Assembly (NCBI GenBank): GCA_051453625.1
Contig: JBOZIK010000001.1
Span: 19,358,501-19,383,212 of the forward strand
Origin: Welwitschia mirabilis
Taxonomy: Eukaryota
Direction of reading: 5' to 3'
DNA length: 24,712 nt
Shown: piece after piece, positions 1 to 10,609 of the stretch
Layout: every line of letters starts with the position of its first letter
Position numbering within the stretch: position 1 is the stretch's first letter
The notes under the pieces: generated by a model
What the model saw: the letters and a program-made list of their open reading frames with translations, nothing else
Databases searched by the model: none
Told to the model about the DNA's origin: nothing
Program-made: the position numbers and the translations under genes

Positions 1-936
1 TTCAGCTAAACGAGTTTTAAGATTTTCTTCTAAATTCATAAGATTAAGTTTATAGGTAGAACGATAAGAATTATAACAAACATCAACAGGTAAAACACAG
101 ACTTTACCATATACAAGTTCGTAGGGTGAGAAACCAAGTGAATTACGCCAAGTGGTATGGTAAGCCCAAAGAACATCATTTAGTTTAAAATCCCATGACT
201 TCTAATTACTAGAGACAAGTTTTTGAAGCATTTTTTTGATTTCTTTATTTAGCATTTTTAGCTTGTCCATTGGCTTAAGGATGGTAAGCACAAGCTACTC
301 TATGTTCTATAGCAATGGATAAAAGAACTTTTCTAAAAAGATGATTAATGAAATGAGTTCCCTAATAACTAATAATTATTCAAGGAAAGCTAAAACATTA
401 AAAAATTTGAGTTCTAACAAAGTTACAAATGGTTCGGGCATCATTTGAGGAAGTAAAAACTGCTTCAAACCATTTAGTCACATAATCTATAGCCACTAAA
501 ATGTAATTTTTGTCTTTAAAAGATGGTTTAATTGGGCCTATGACATCGATGTCCTAACAGTCAAAAGGTTCGCACTCAAGAACATGTTTGAGGAGCATTT
601 CCTATGATCGTAAAAGGCTACCAAAACATTAACATGCATCGCACCTTCTAGTATACTCAAAGAGTCCTGAAAAAGACTAGGCCAATAGAATCCAGAGTAA
701 AGAATTTTCATGGTTGTTTTCTGACCGCTAAAATTTCCATCACAAAGATCATCATGATAAAGATGAAGGATATCAAATTTTTCCCATTCTGGTATACATT
801 TTCTCATAATTTGATCCTTACACCTATGATAAAAATGGGGCTCTATCCACTCGTAGTTACCTATCTTATGGAGAAAAGATTTTCTTTAATTATGACTCTA
901 ATTTTGTGGTGTTTTTAAAGTAACAAGATAGTTGAC
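1..936 (-). pseudogene. Gypsy (Athila-like) integrase: Zn-finger region and catalytic core
   Basis: ORF 538-807 reads RKCIPEWEKFDILHLYHDDLCDGNFSGQKTTMKILYSGFYWPSLFQD. Downstream I translate HRVACAYHP*ANGQA, then after a frameshift NKEIKKMLQKLVSSN*KSWDFKLNDVLWAYHTTWRNSLGFSPYELVYGKVCVLPVD. Confidence 0.93.
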
Positions 937-1803
937 NNNNNNNNNNNNNNNNNNNNNNNNNNNNNNNNNNNNNNNNNNNNNNNNNNNNNNNNNNNNNNNN
1001 NNNNNNNNNNNNNNNNNNNNNNNNNNNNNNNNNNNNNNNNNNNNNNNNNNNNNNNNNNNNNNNNNNNNNNNNNNNNNNNNNNNNNNNNNNNNNNNNNNNN
1101 NNNNNNNNNNNNNNNNNNNNNNNNNNNNNNNNNNNNNNNNNNNNNNNNNNNNNNNNNNNNNNNNNNNNNNNNNNNNNNNNNNNNNNNNNNNNNNNNNNNN
1201 NNNNNNNNNNNNNNNNNNNNNNNNNNNNNNNNNNNNNNNNNNNNNNNNNNNNNNNNNNNNNNNNNNNNNNNNNNNNNNNNNNNNNNNNNNNNNNNNNNNN
1301 NNNNNNNNNNNNNNNNNNNNNNNNNNNNNNNNNNNNNNNNNNNNNNNNNNNNNNNNNNNNNNNNNNNNNNNNNNNNNNNNNNNNNNNNNNNNNNNNNNNN
1401 NNNNNNNNNNNNNNNNNNNNNNNNNNNNNNNNNNNNNNNNNNNNNNNNNNNNNNNNNNNNNNNNNNNNNNNNNNNNNNNNNNNNNNNNNNNNNNNNNNNN
1501 NNNNNNNNNNNNNNNNNNNNNNNNNNNNNNNNNNNNNNNNNNNNNNNNNNNNNNNNNNNNNNNNNNNNNNNNNNNNNNNNNNNNNNNNNNNNNNNNNNNN
1601 NNNNNNNNNNNNNNNNNNNNNNNNNNNNNNNNNNNNNNNNNNNNNNNNNNNNNNNNNNNNNNNNNNNNNNNNNNNNNNNNNNNNNNNNNNNNNNNNNNNN
1701 NNNNNNNNNNNNNNNNNNNNNNNNNNNNNNNNNNNNNNNNNNNNNNNNNNNNNNNNNNNNNNNNNNNNNNNNNNNNNNNNNNNNNNNNNNNNNNNNNNNN
1801 NNN

Positions 1804-2606
1804 AAGAATAAGCTCTTTTTCAAATTTAAATGAAGGCCACACTCCATGCATCTATTAAGGACTTTTTCTAATCTTTCTAAGATTTGATTAAAAGTTTCTC
1901 CAAAAATTGAAAAGTCATTCATAAAGATTTCTATCCAATCCTCTAACATGTTTGAAAAGATGCTCATCATAGCACGTTGAAAAGTTCTGGGAGCATTACA
2001 TAGTCTAAAAGGCATTCGTCTAAAAGAAAACATCCCAAAAGCCAAAGTAAAAGTTGTTTTAGCATGGTCTTCACTAGCTATGCAAACCTAGCTATAACCG
2101 CTATATCCATCTAAAAAGCAATTAAACGCATGTCCTTGAATTCTATCGAGTATCTAGTCAAGGAAGGGTAGGGGACAATGATTGTTTTTCATGACTTCAT
2201 TCATCTTTCTAAAATCTATGCATACTCTCAATTTTCCACTCTTCTTTGGTACTTTAGTTAAGGGAATAAACCATTCACTATCTAATATAGCATAAATGAT
2301 TCCAGCATCCATTAATTTGATAATTTCATTCTTAATTACTTGTTCTAGTACTACATTTAATCTGCTTTGTAGTTATCTAACAGGTTTCACATTTTCCTCA
2401 AGATAGATTTTATGCTAAACAATAGAAGAAGGAATAGCAAATAAATCTTTATGAGACCAAATAAAGGCATGAATTTTGGAAGTCAAAAGGAAGATTAAGG
2501 TTGAATCTTTTTTAGAAAAGAGATTTGCATTGTTTATGAAAGGTTTGTTCCGATCGTTACAGAGAAAAATATACTTCAGTTCACTAGGAAGATTTTTTAG
2601 GTTCAA
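1804..2606 (-). pseudogene. Gypsy reverse transcriptase (with upstream LKNLPSELKYIFL linker)
   Basis: KLMDAGIIYAILDSEWFIPLTKVPKKSGKLRVCIDFRKMN...HCPLPFLD*ILDRIQGHAFNCFLDGYSGYS*VCIASEDHAKTTFTLAFGMFSFRRMPFRLCNAPRTFQRAMMSIFSNMLEDWIEIFMNDFSIFG. The catalytic FMDD is mutated to FMND. Confidence 0.95.
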
Positions 2607-2959
2607 GTTTAAATTAAGATTTTCAGTTTCTGACTCATGTAGTGGACGATCTTCCTCAAAGTGTGAGTTTTCACTTGTTCTTAATAGTTGGACTTCCTTA
2701 CAGAATAAGACTTATATTTCTTCTTCATTTTGCTCCAAGAACTGATTTTCTAAATAATCAAAGTTGGACGTATTGAACTCTTCTAAGTTTTCAATTTCAA
2801 GTGGATCGTCAGAAAGCATAAGTTCGTATAACATTAGCCATCTTTCTTCAAGGGGACGATGTTGAAGGAATAAAGTTGGATTGGTTTAATGTGACTTTTT
2901 ACATCCCATTCAATACCTAGGTCTTTCTTAGATACCTTAAAAACTCTAATAGAAAACTT

Positions 2960-3416
2960 TTTGTTCCCTAGATGACACTCCATTGTCCCAGCTCTTGTGT
3001 CGATAATGCAGTGGGCTATTACAGAGAAGGCCCTTCCTATAAGAAATGGGTAACCTCCATTATGTTCGACTTCTATGATAATCATATCTATCAAGTATAA
3101 TACTCCTTCAATTTGGATCACTAAATCTTTGATGTCCCGTAAGGGTTTCTTAATTGAAGTGTCTGCTAATTTCAAGAGAATTCGAGTAGGCTATATTCTA
3201 CCTTCTGATTCAACTCTCTTACAAATATGTAATGGCATGATGTTGACACTTGCTCTAATGTCGATTAAAGATCTTTTTATTCTTTTGTCTCCCTTTAATG
3301 TAACACCCACAGTTACTACCCCTGGGTCCTTAAATTTTGAGATTTTTGTAATACTAAATTTGTAAGAGATTGAGCTAAAAAGACTTTGCTAGGAATATTT
3401 TGTTTTCATTTTCTTC
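2960..3416 (-). pseudogene. Retrotransposon aspartic protease (Athila-type)
   Basis: KFKDPGVVTVGVTLKGDKRIKRSLIDIRASVNIMPL...*PTRILLKLADTSIKKP...PFLIGRAF, matching the KDPG / LCDLGASIN / LADRS / ILGRPF pattern. Confidence 0.9.
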
Positions 3417-4052
3417 NNNNNNNNNNNNNNNNNNNNNNNNNNNNNNNNNNNNNNNNNNNNNNNNNNNNNNNNNNNNNNNNNNNNNNNNNNNNNNNNNNNN
3501 NNNNNNNNNNNNNNNNNNNNNNNNNNNNNNNNNNNNNNNNNNNNNNNNNNNNNNNNNNNNNNNNNNNNNNNNNNNNNNNNNNNNNNNNNNNNNNNNNNNN
3601 NNNNNNNNNNNNNNNNNNNNNNNNNNNNNNNNNNNNNNNNNNNNNNNNNNNNNNNNNNNNNNNNNNNNNNNNNNNNNNNNNNNNNNNNNNNNNNNNNNNN
3701 NNNNNNNNNNNNNNNNNNNNNNNNNNNNNNNNNNNNNNNNNNNNNNNNNNNNNNNNNNNNNNNNNNNNNNNNNNNNNNNNNNNNNNNNNNNNNNNNNNNN
3801 NNNNNNNNNNNNNNNNNNNNNNNNNNNNNNNNNNNNNNNNNNNNNNNNNNNNNNNNNNNNNNNNNNNNNNNNNNNNNNNNNNNNNNNNNNNNNNNNNNNN
3901 NNNNNNNNNNNNNNNNNNNNNNNNNNNNNNNNNNNNNNNNNNNNNNNNNNNNNNNNNNNNNNNNNNNNNNNNNNNNNNNNNNNNNNNNNNNNNNNNNNNN
4001 NNNNNNNNNNNNNNNNNNNNNNNNNNNNNNNNNNNNNNNNNNNNNNNNNNNN

Positions 4053-4396
4053 TTTATAGTACTTTAAGGTTTATTTCAAAAGTTTCTAGAATGGTAAGTT
4101 GATACTCACATTTTGCATTAAGGATTTGAGACATTCGTTGAAGGTTGGATTAATGTTAAGCCTATCAAGCCAAGCGGTAGGTAGTTTCTTTTCTGTTTGT
4201 TGTGAAGAATTTTTCTTTTTAATTTTGCCAAGAGAAGGGAAGTTGTGATGTTTTAGTATTTTAATGTCCTCTTTTTCCTCATCATCCCTAATGTTGTTTT
4301 GGGAGGTTAATGCTTCACAAGGAGGAGGGTTTGCCTCATGTTTACTTCATGTTACAACCTTACAATCTTTTCTCTCTTAGTTAGAATTCAGTAAGG
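4053..4396 (-). pseudogene. Gag C-terminal / gag-protease linker fragment
   Basis: LPTAWLDRL...LMQNVSINLPF*KLLK*TLKYYK resembles the Athila INIPFLEALEQMPKYAKFLK motif. Confidence 0.7.
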
Positions 4397-5516
4397 NNNN
4401 NNNNNNNNNNNNNNNNNNNNNNNNNNNNNNNNNNNNNNNNNNNNNNNNNNNNNNNNNNNNNNNNNNNNNNNNNNNNNNNNNNNNNNNNNNNNNNNNTATC
4501 AAGGAGTGTTCTTTTCTATCTTTTACTTTACTTATTCACTTTAGTCTTCTTAAGTGTATGATCCTGTGGGAATAATTACTCTTTTTGTTAAAAAAATAAA
4601 TAAATAAATAAAATAAAAATAAAAATGAAAAGCATGATGTCCTATCACAAGTACACTGGGGCAAATATTTCCGAGAGGAGCCTTTGGCAATGTGATATGG
4701 TAGCTAAGGGAACTCCACTGGGAGGTCAGTTGGCCATACTTCGCAGGTCCTTACTTCTTTGATTGTGGTTGCAATCCCCTTATCATGGATAATAAAGTTG
4801 TATTTAAACTTTGAGGCTATGGGATTAGTTGTGTTTCTGGTGTTATCAGAGGCATTGCTTGATTCCTAAACTCTTAGTCCTTTCACATGATCATTTCATT
4901 TCTTGAGATTTGGGTGTTTGTTTTGAGATGATGGTAGGTGAGTTCATTTTTGAGAAATTCTTTGGTCTGATCATTCATTGTTTAAAGCATTTTATTTTAG
5001 CATCATCATAACCACTAACTTATTGAATGGAATTTTTATACATTAAGTCATGCATTTTTCACATCAAGTGATGTTACGATTTCTTTTATAGGAGTTTGCT
5101 AGGTTAAAATATCAAATCGATGAGCCTATTTTATGTTATCTTATGCCCATTCTTCTTTATTTTCTTTTGTGACTTAATTGGTTATCTCCAAATCATTATC
5201 GTATGTTATTATCTTATGTTTTTTGTTTAGTTTTCAATAAAAGATAATTTCTTAGATGAGTGTTTTCTTAATAAATTTGTGCAATTTATTTTTCATATTT
5301 TTGGTGTTCTAAGTGCTGCTTGTGTTCTTTTTGTGATGAAACATTTTTTTTACCACTCTTTTCTGTACCTGTCAGAATATTTCATATCTCTTTTTTTTCA
5401 AATCTGACATTACTTAGCTTTGCACTTTATTTAGAAAGTTGTCCTCTTTTACCTATCTTCCCACTCTCGTTTACTTTCTTTGCTTTATTTTCCAATATAG
5501 GATGTATTGCTTTTTC

Positions 5517-5574
5517 TTTTTTTTTTTTTTTTTTGATTAGGGAGAGGGATGGGGGAAAGGGGGAAGAGGGGTGG
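5517..5574 (+). repeat. Poly-T run (T18) followed by a five-tract G-quadruplex-forming motif
   Basis: T-run at 5517-5534, then GGG-AGA-GGG-AT-GGGGG-AAA-GGGGG-AAGA-GGGG at 5540-5571. Confidence 0.8.
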
Positions 5575-5865
5575 TAAAGGCTCATTTTCATGGCTCATTT
5601 AAAATTTTTTTTAACTTAATTCAGATCTTTTATGACATAAAATTTTCAAATTTTTATACACATTATGCATTACTTGTCATTTATCTATGTGATGTATTTT
5701 ATGAGATAGTTTATAAATTCCAGATTTATCTTTTGAAAAACAAATTGGCTCACAGTTATGATTTTTTCACCTAGTTTTTATTAGGAACTGACAAAGACTA
5801 AATGGGGACTATATTACGCTGCCAATTTGTGGTTATTTGATGGGGTTTTATGAGTTGTTTTACAG

Positions 5866-6071
5866 GACTTTTATATAGGTTTAGGTGCAATTCTGAGGAT
5901 TTTGAAGGTTCAATAGGAAATCTCGGAAATGTGCAATTCTTACCCAGATTTGATGTATTAAAGGCAGATTTTGATGCACAGAGCTTTGGAGAAGGATTAC
6001 TAACAAAAATGCTAAGTTTATCCTTAAGAAAATGATCAAAGAAGACCATCATCTCCTTCATCGTCCCCATG
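5866..6071 (+). other. Candidate exon of an unidentified host gene or gene fragment
   Basis: TTGTTTTACAG acceptor ends at 5865 after about 1 kb of T-rich intron-like DNA. Open frame LLYRFRCNSEDFEGSIGNLGNVQFLPRFDVLKADFDAQSFGEGLLTKMLSLSLRK* (stop ends 6035). Family not recognised. Confidence 0.4.
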
Positions 6072-9000
6072 ACATACAGGACGACGACTGCTTATGTGGA
6101 CTATTGAATCATTGTTGAGTCATCATTCTGAGTTATCTTTTATAATGTACTATCATCCCCATTGTCATCTGGATGATAGTCAGANNNNNNNNNNNNNNNN
6201 NNNNNNNNNNNNNNNNNNNNNNNNNNNNNNNNNNNNNNNNNNNNNNNNNNNNNNNNNNNNNNNNNNNNNNNNNNNNNNNNNNNNNNNNNNNNNNNNNNNN
6301 NNNNNNNNNNNNNNNNNNNNNNNNNNNNNNNNNNNNNNNNNNNNNNNNNNNNNNNNNNNNNNNNNNNNNNNNNNNNNNNNNNNNNNNNNNNNNNNNNNNN
6401 NNNNNNNNNNNNNNNNNNNNNNNNNNNNNNNNNNNNNNNNNNNNNGTTGTTCTGTAACCCAGATGATTATTACTTTTTAATATAAAATCTATTTTACTTT
6501 TTATATTTGCATAGTAGAATTTCTGATCTTCCTTATAGTCTATGTTTCCCTTGATCTAGTGACAATTTCTTGGGTGATATAGATTATCAAGGGCAGCCTT
6601 TGTTAAGGCTAAAAGCAAGTAGTATTAGTTCCATTTTTCATTTCATCTAGATAAGTTTCATCTTTTCATTGGCATTACATTCCTTTATTTTCTACATTGT
6701 TATTTATTTTTGGTTCCTATATTTTCTTTTGCAAAGCAATCCGAGTCTCATCTCATAGTCTTCAATGTGAATATGACATTTTGGTTCTACTCTCACTCAT
6801 ACTAGTGTGATGTATTGTGTAAGATATCTTTTTATTTTATGAATTACAGAATCTTTCTGAACTTAAGCACTTGCATAAATACACACCATAACAAGTGGCT
6901 TTTTAAAGTTAAGAATGCTTTCTATGATTTTGTTTCTTTACAAAATATGATGGTACAAGGTAAAGAAAATAACGGTAAAGAAGAACATCTTGAATTTTTG
7001 ATACTTTATTTATAGCAATGCAAAGGTTGATTGCATTAAATGTGGTTTAATTATATCTCCTATCTAAATCTTGGTTATCACTTATTTTCTTTTGATTTTT
7101 TATGGTGCCTTCATTTCTAAGTGAGCCTTATTTTAATTTAAAAATTGTATGTGCACGCATGTATTAAGATTATTTGATGCTCCTTTTATTTTATGTATTA
7201 GATTTATGTTCTTTTATTCTTAGGCTTATTTTTAATCTATATCATTTTTCATAGTTTAGGATATTAAAATTTTGATATAATTTTCTACTTTATAGTGATG
7301 ACATATCTTTGATTGTGCTTTTAGGTATTTGTTCTTTTGAGTTCTCTTTTATGCTTTATTGATCTCCTTTAAAATTCTTAACTAATTTGGTTTCTTCTTT
7401 TTATGTTGATAAAGTTTATTATTTAATTATTAGCATTTATTTTATTAATTGTTATTACAATTATGATGATGATTATGTTAATACATGGAAAACAATACCA
7501 TATTCACCAGGGTTCTTGGTTGGCTTGACTAGGTGTAACTTGACACATTTTATTATATTATCATCTTAGCATATGTTATCTTGTTCTAGGTTCACAAGTT
7601 TATCTTTTATATGTCTATCCCATAAAGGTTTTAGTAAAATTTATATCTGCATGGGAATTCTTTCTTAGTGATCAAGAGTAAGAGGCTTATGACTTGTGAG
7701 ACACGGCAACACATTAAATTATTACTTTTACTCACTGAATTGATCACACTAAAAATTTATCTATTCTATGTTTAGTCATTTCTCTTTTTAATGTTTCATT
7801 ATCACTAAAAGAATAAAATGAGCAATAGTCAAGAACAAACATACAAATGAATACATCTATTCATTTCTTTTTAATAAAATAATAAAGGTTAGATAAAATT
7901 TCCAAGATGAAAAGATTTAAAAAGGCTTGGTATTTGTCCTTTTTTTACACTTATGCACCTATTAAGAAGAGATTACTTGATTTTCCTTTATATTTCATGT
8001 ACCTTAGATTGAGTTATACCTCATTCCATTTTGTATGTCTTCCATAAATCATATAGATTTTTCCACCAATGTCATCTTTATTTTTTTCCCATAATCACAT
8101 GTCTCTTAAACATTCAATAGCTATTTTAATAACATATCTGTGTGGATTCCATTGACATAGCTAGATTTCAACCATGTATCTGAATCCCATTTGTGATTTG
8201 TTTTCATCAACACTTTTGTATAATCAATCTCATCTGTAAAAATTCATTGCATCCATATAATTAAATTTCACCTGTAAAGACAGGCTCCACCTATAATACC
8301 TTTAATTTAACTACACCATGTTAATACATATTGATTTATTATTCCAATAATATTTTGGGGATTTAGATGTAAGTATCTAAGAGAATGTTTTTCTTACAAT
8401 TAGAAAAAGTGTTCAAAATCAAGACATCATTGCCTGAACAACAAGTGTGCTTGAAGACACTAAAAAACAAGGCATCAAGAGATTAAGACAAAGATACTAG
8501 TCCAAATGAAATAAATACAGCAACTAAATAGAATTCAAAGAAAAGACATTATGTGAAAATTTTTAATTCTAATTTTGTGGCTACAACTGATCAATAGAGA
8601 GTTGTATATAACCATTAGCAGTAGCAGTGTCACTTTAGTCATTAGTCATAAGTTTAGGATGAGGTTGTAAGATCAAAGGGATTGAGTTTTAGACAAGCAA
8701 GATGGATTGATAAAGGGACACAATTTTTTTTAAGGTAATGATAATTAATAACTTTAAGAGCACAAAAACCTAAAATGCATAGAAATATTAAGATTTCATT
8801 CAAGCATTATAACAAAATATACTAGCTATGTAAGTCATAGTTTTTCTTTTTATCACATCATTTAAAGATTTATTAGTTCTTAATTATAAAATTACTATAA
8901 ATCATAGCACAAAATTTTAAAGTTTGACATCCTTCCTTCCTTAAATCTTCTTTCCTCAAATAAATAAATATAAAATATTTTCTTTTTATCACAAGGGTTA

Positions 9001-9512
9001 CCACCATAAGATGTGATTTATCAAAAAAAGTATTTACATCATTTCTTTCAATGATTTAGCATGCTAAGCCATGACTTTCATACTGATTTTATCATAGGTA
9101 AAATCTATTTTTATTTGATTCAAAATTTTCTTTAATTGTTAGCTAACTCTAATTAATTTATGATCATACATTATGCTTTTTTCATCACTATTTTAATAGT
9201 ATTTCCTTATGGTTATTTTTAAATTTCTTTCAATTTGTATCAATATCAATCATTATATGTTTGGAAAAATATTTGAAGCCTCCTTATTTTTACTATTTCA
9301 ATCGTTTGTACATTTTAGTAGTCACATTTCATTGTAGTCATCAAAGAGGGACACATCAAAAACAAATAATAATTGCTAATTTCATTTTTTTATCTTTTAT
9401 GAAACATATCTACCTTAATTAGTATGAAGGGATTAGGACATAATGTCTTTATATTGTTGAGAGGTTTTATAAGATTGTAAGTTTGTTTAGAGTTTAAAAT
9501 GTTTTGATTATG

Positions 9513-9614
9513 AAAGGATTATTACTAAGAATGCAAATATGAATAAACATTAAGCCATCCCATAAAGGATTATTACTAAGAATACAAATACAAGCAAACA
9601 TTAATCCATCCCAT
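9513..9614 (+). repeat. 51-bp tandem duplication (2 copies)
   Basis: AAAGGATTATTACTAAGAATGCAAATATGAATAAACATTAAGCCATCCCAT (9513-9563) versus AAAGGATTATTACTAAGAATACAAATACAAGCAAACATTAATCCATCCCAT (9564-9614). Confidence 0.95.
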
Positions 9615-9932
9615 ATTCTAAAAATTTATCTTACTTTTCTCTCATGTGGAAACCATCAACACAATTTAACTCTATTTAGTCAGGCTGAGCAAGGGACTTA
9701 CTAGATTTATTTATAAGAGAATTAAGTGAAACAACATTCTAAACGAGTTTTAAGCATTATTTCAAAGAATTTTTATGCATTTTATGGGGTTTGCCTAAGT
9801 CTTTGTGAATTTTAGAATGCTATCTTTGACATATTCAACTAGTTTTATAGATAAGTCATACTAAATAAATCATTAAATATATTTGATATATAATTATATT
9901 AAAGAATATGAACATGTAAAAAATGATGATAT

Positions 9933-10122
9933 TATTGGGAAATAGAAGAGAAAGGATCTTGAGCAATGTTTCCCAAAAATCAAATCTTTATTTCTCCAAA
10001 ATATTCTCTATCACTTATTACAATAAAGAGCTTGCTTTTAAAGGCAATAAAATCATTAGGGTTTCACTAGGATCTTCACACCCCCTAGGTGTATGACCAT
10101 AATATGCATATACACCTTAACA
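9933..10122 (-). mobile_element. Short (~190 bp) copia-type 3' LTR
   Basis: The minus strand starts TGTTAAG directly after a PPT and ends CCCAATA (probably decayed ...AACA). It contains, in order, AAACCCTAA, a TATA-like CTTTAAAAG and AATAAA. Confidence 0.65.
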
Positions 10123-10135
10123 ATTTCCCCTTCAA
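10123..10135 (-). other. Polypurine tract (PPT)
   Basis: Minus strand TTGAAGGGGAAAT immediately 5' of the TGTT LTR start. Confidence 0.65.
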
Positions 10136-10329
10136 CATGGTATTACATTCACTTCCAAGGGAAAACTGGAGTACCTGGAGAAAATCCTTAGAATGTGACC
10201 TACAATAAGACCTCCTTAAAGGAGTTCTTATGTAAGAGAACTACTTTATTAAAGAAGGAGTCAAGTTACTACTATGCATCCCATAGTAGATAGGACTATT
10301 ATGTGCATTACATCTACCATAATGTTAGT

Positions 10330-10396
10330 CCAAAATATGTACTACAAATTTCATAGTACTAGGCCAAAATTGTACTACACATTCTATAGTACTAAA
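10330..10396 (+). repeat. Two ~34-bp tandem units, each with a GTACTA...TAGTAC inverted core
   Basis: CCAAAATATGTACTACAAATTTCATAGTACTAGG / CCAAAATTGTACTACACATTCTATAGTACTAAAA. Confidence 0.8.
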
Positions 10397-10609
10397 ATCA
10401 AGAGGGACTTTGGAGAGAGAATCAAAAGTCAAATGAAGCCTTAATGTACAAGAAAAAATGAATTTAAATCAACTCATTATTAGTTTATTTTTGGATTATA
10501 AGTGCTAGAACTTCTCTTGACCAAGTATTTTTATTTGAGTATTAATTATTCATTATATGATTAGATGATGTGTTGGTTTAATAACTTCATGTTACAAAAG
10601 TTCCTTAAT

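Larger units (their letters stand above)
1..4396 (-). mobile_element. Degenerate Ty3/gypsy LTR retrotransposon internal region, Athila-like (gag C-terminus, protease, RT, [RNase H in gap], integrase); truncated by window start
   Basis: Minus-strand domain order gag-PR-RT-(gap)-IN is the gypsy order. The motifs translated below match Athila-type polyproteins. Multiple in-frame stops and frameshifts. Confidence 0.93.

Noticed and set aside
2476-3365. Plus-strand ORFs 2476-2745 and 3075-3365
   Set aside because: Antisense shadows of the gypsy polyprotein.
898-6480. Long ORFs in the track made mostly of X (898-1851, 932-1858, 3386-4102, 3400-4059, 6094-6480, 6173-6457)
   Set aside because: Artefacts of translating N gaps.
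5320-7569. Short F/L/I/Y-rich ORFs (5320, 5571, 6815, 7387) resembling membrane peptides
   Set aside because: Expected by chance from T-rich intron-like DNA, with no motifs.
10133-10150. CAACA-TGGTATTACA as a plus-strand LTR end plus PBS
   Set aside because: The match is poor after TGGTAT. PPT, TATA-like box, polyA signal and adjacent pol all favour the minus-strand reading.
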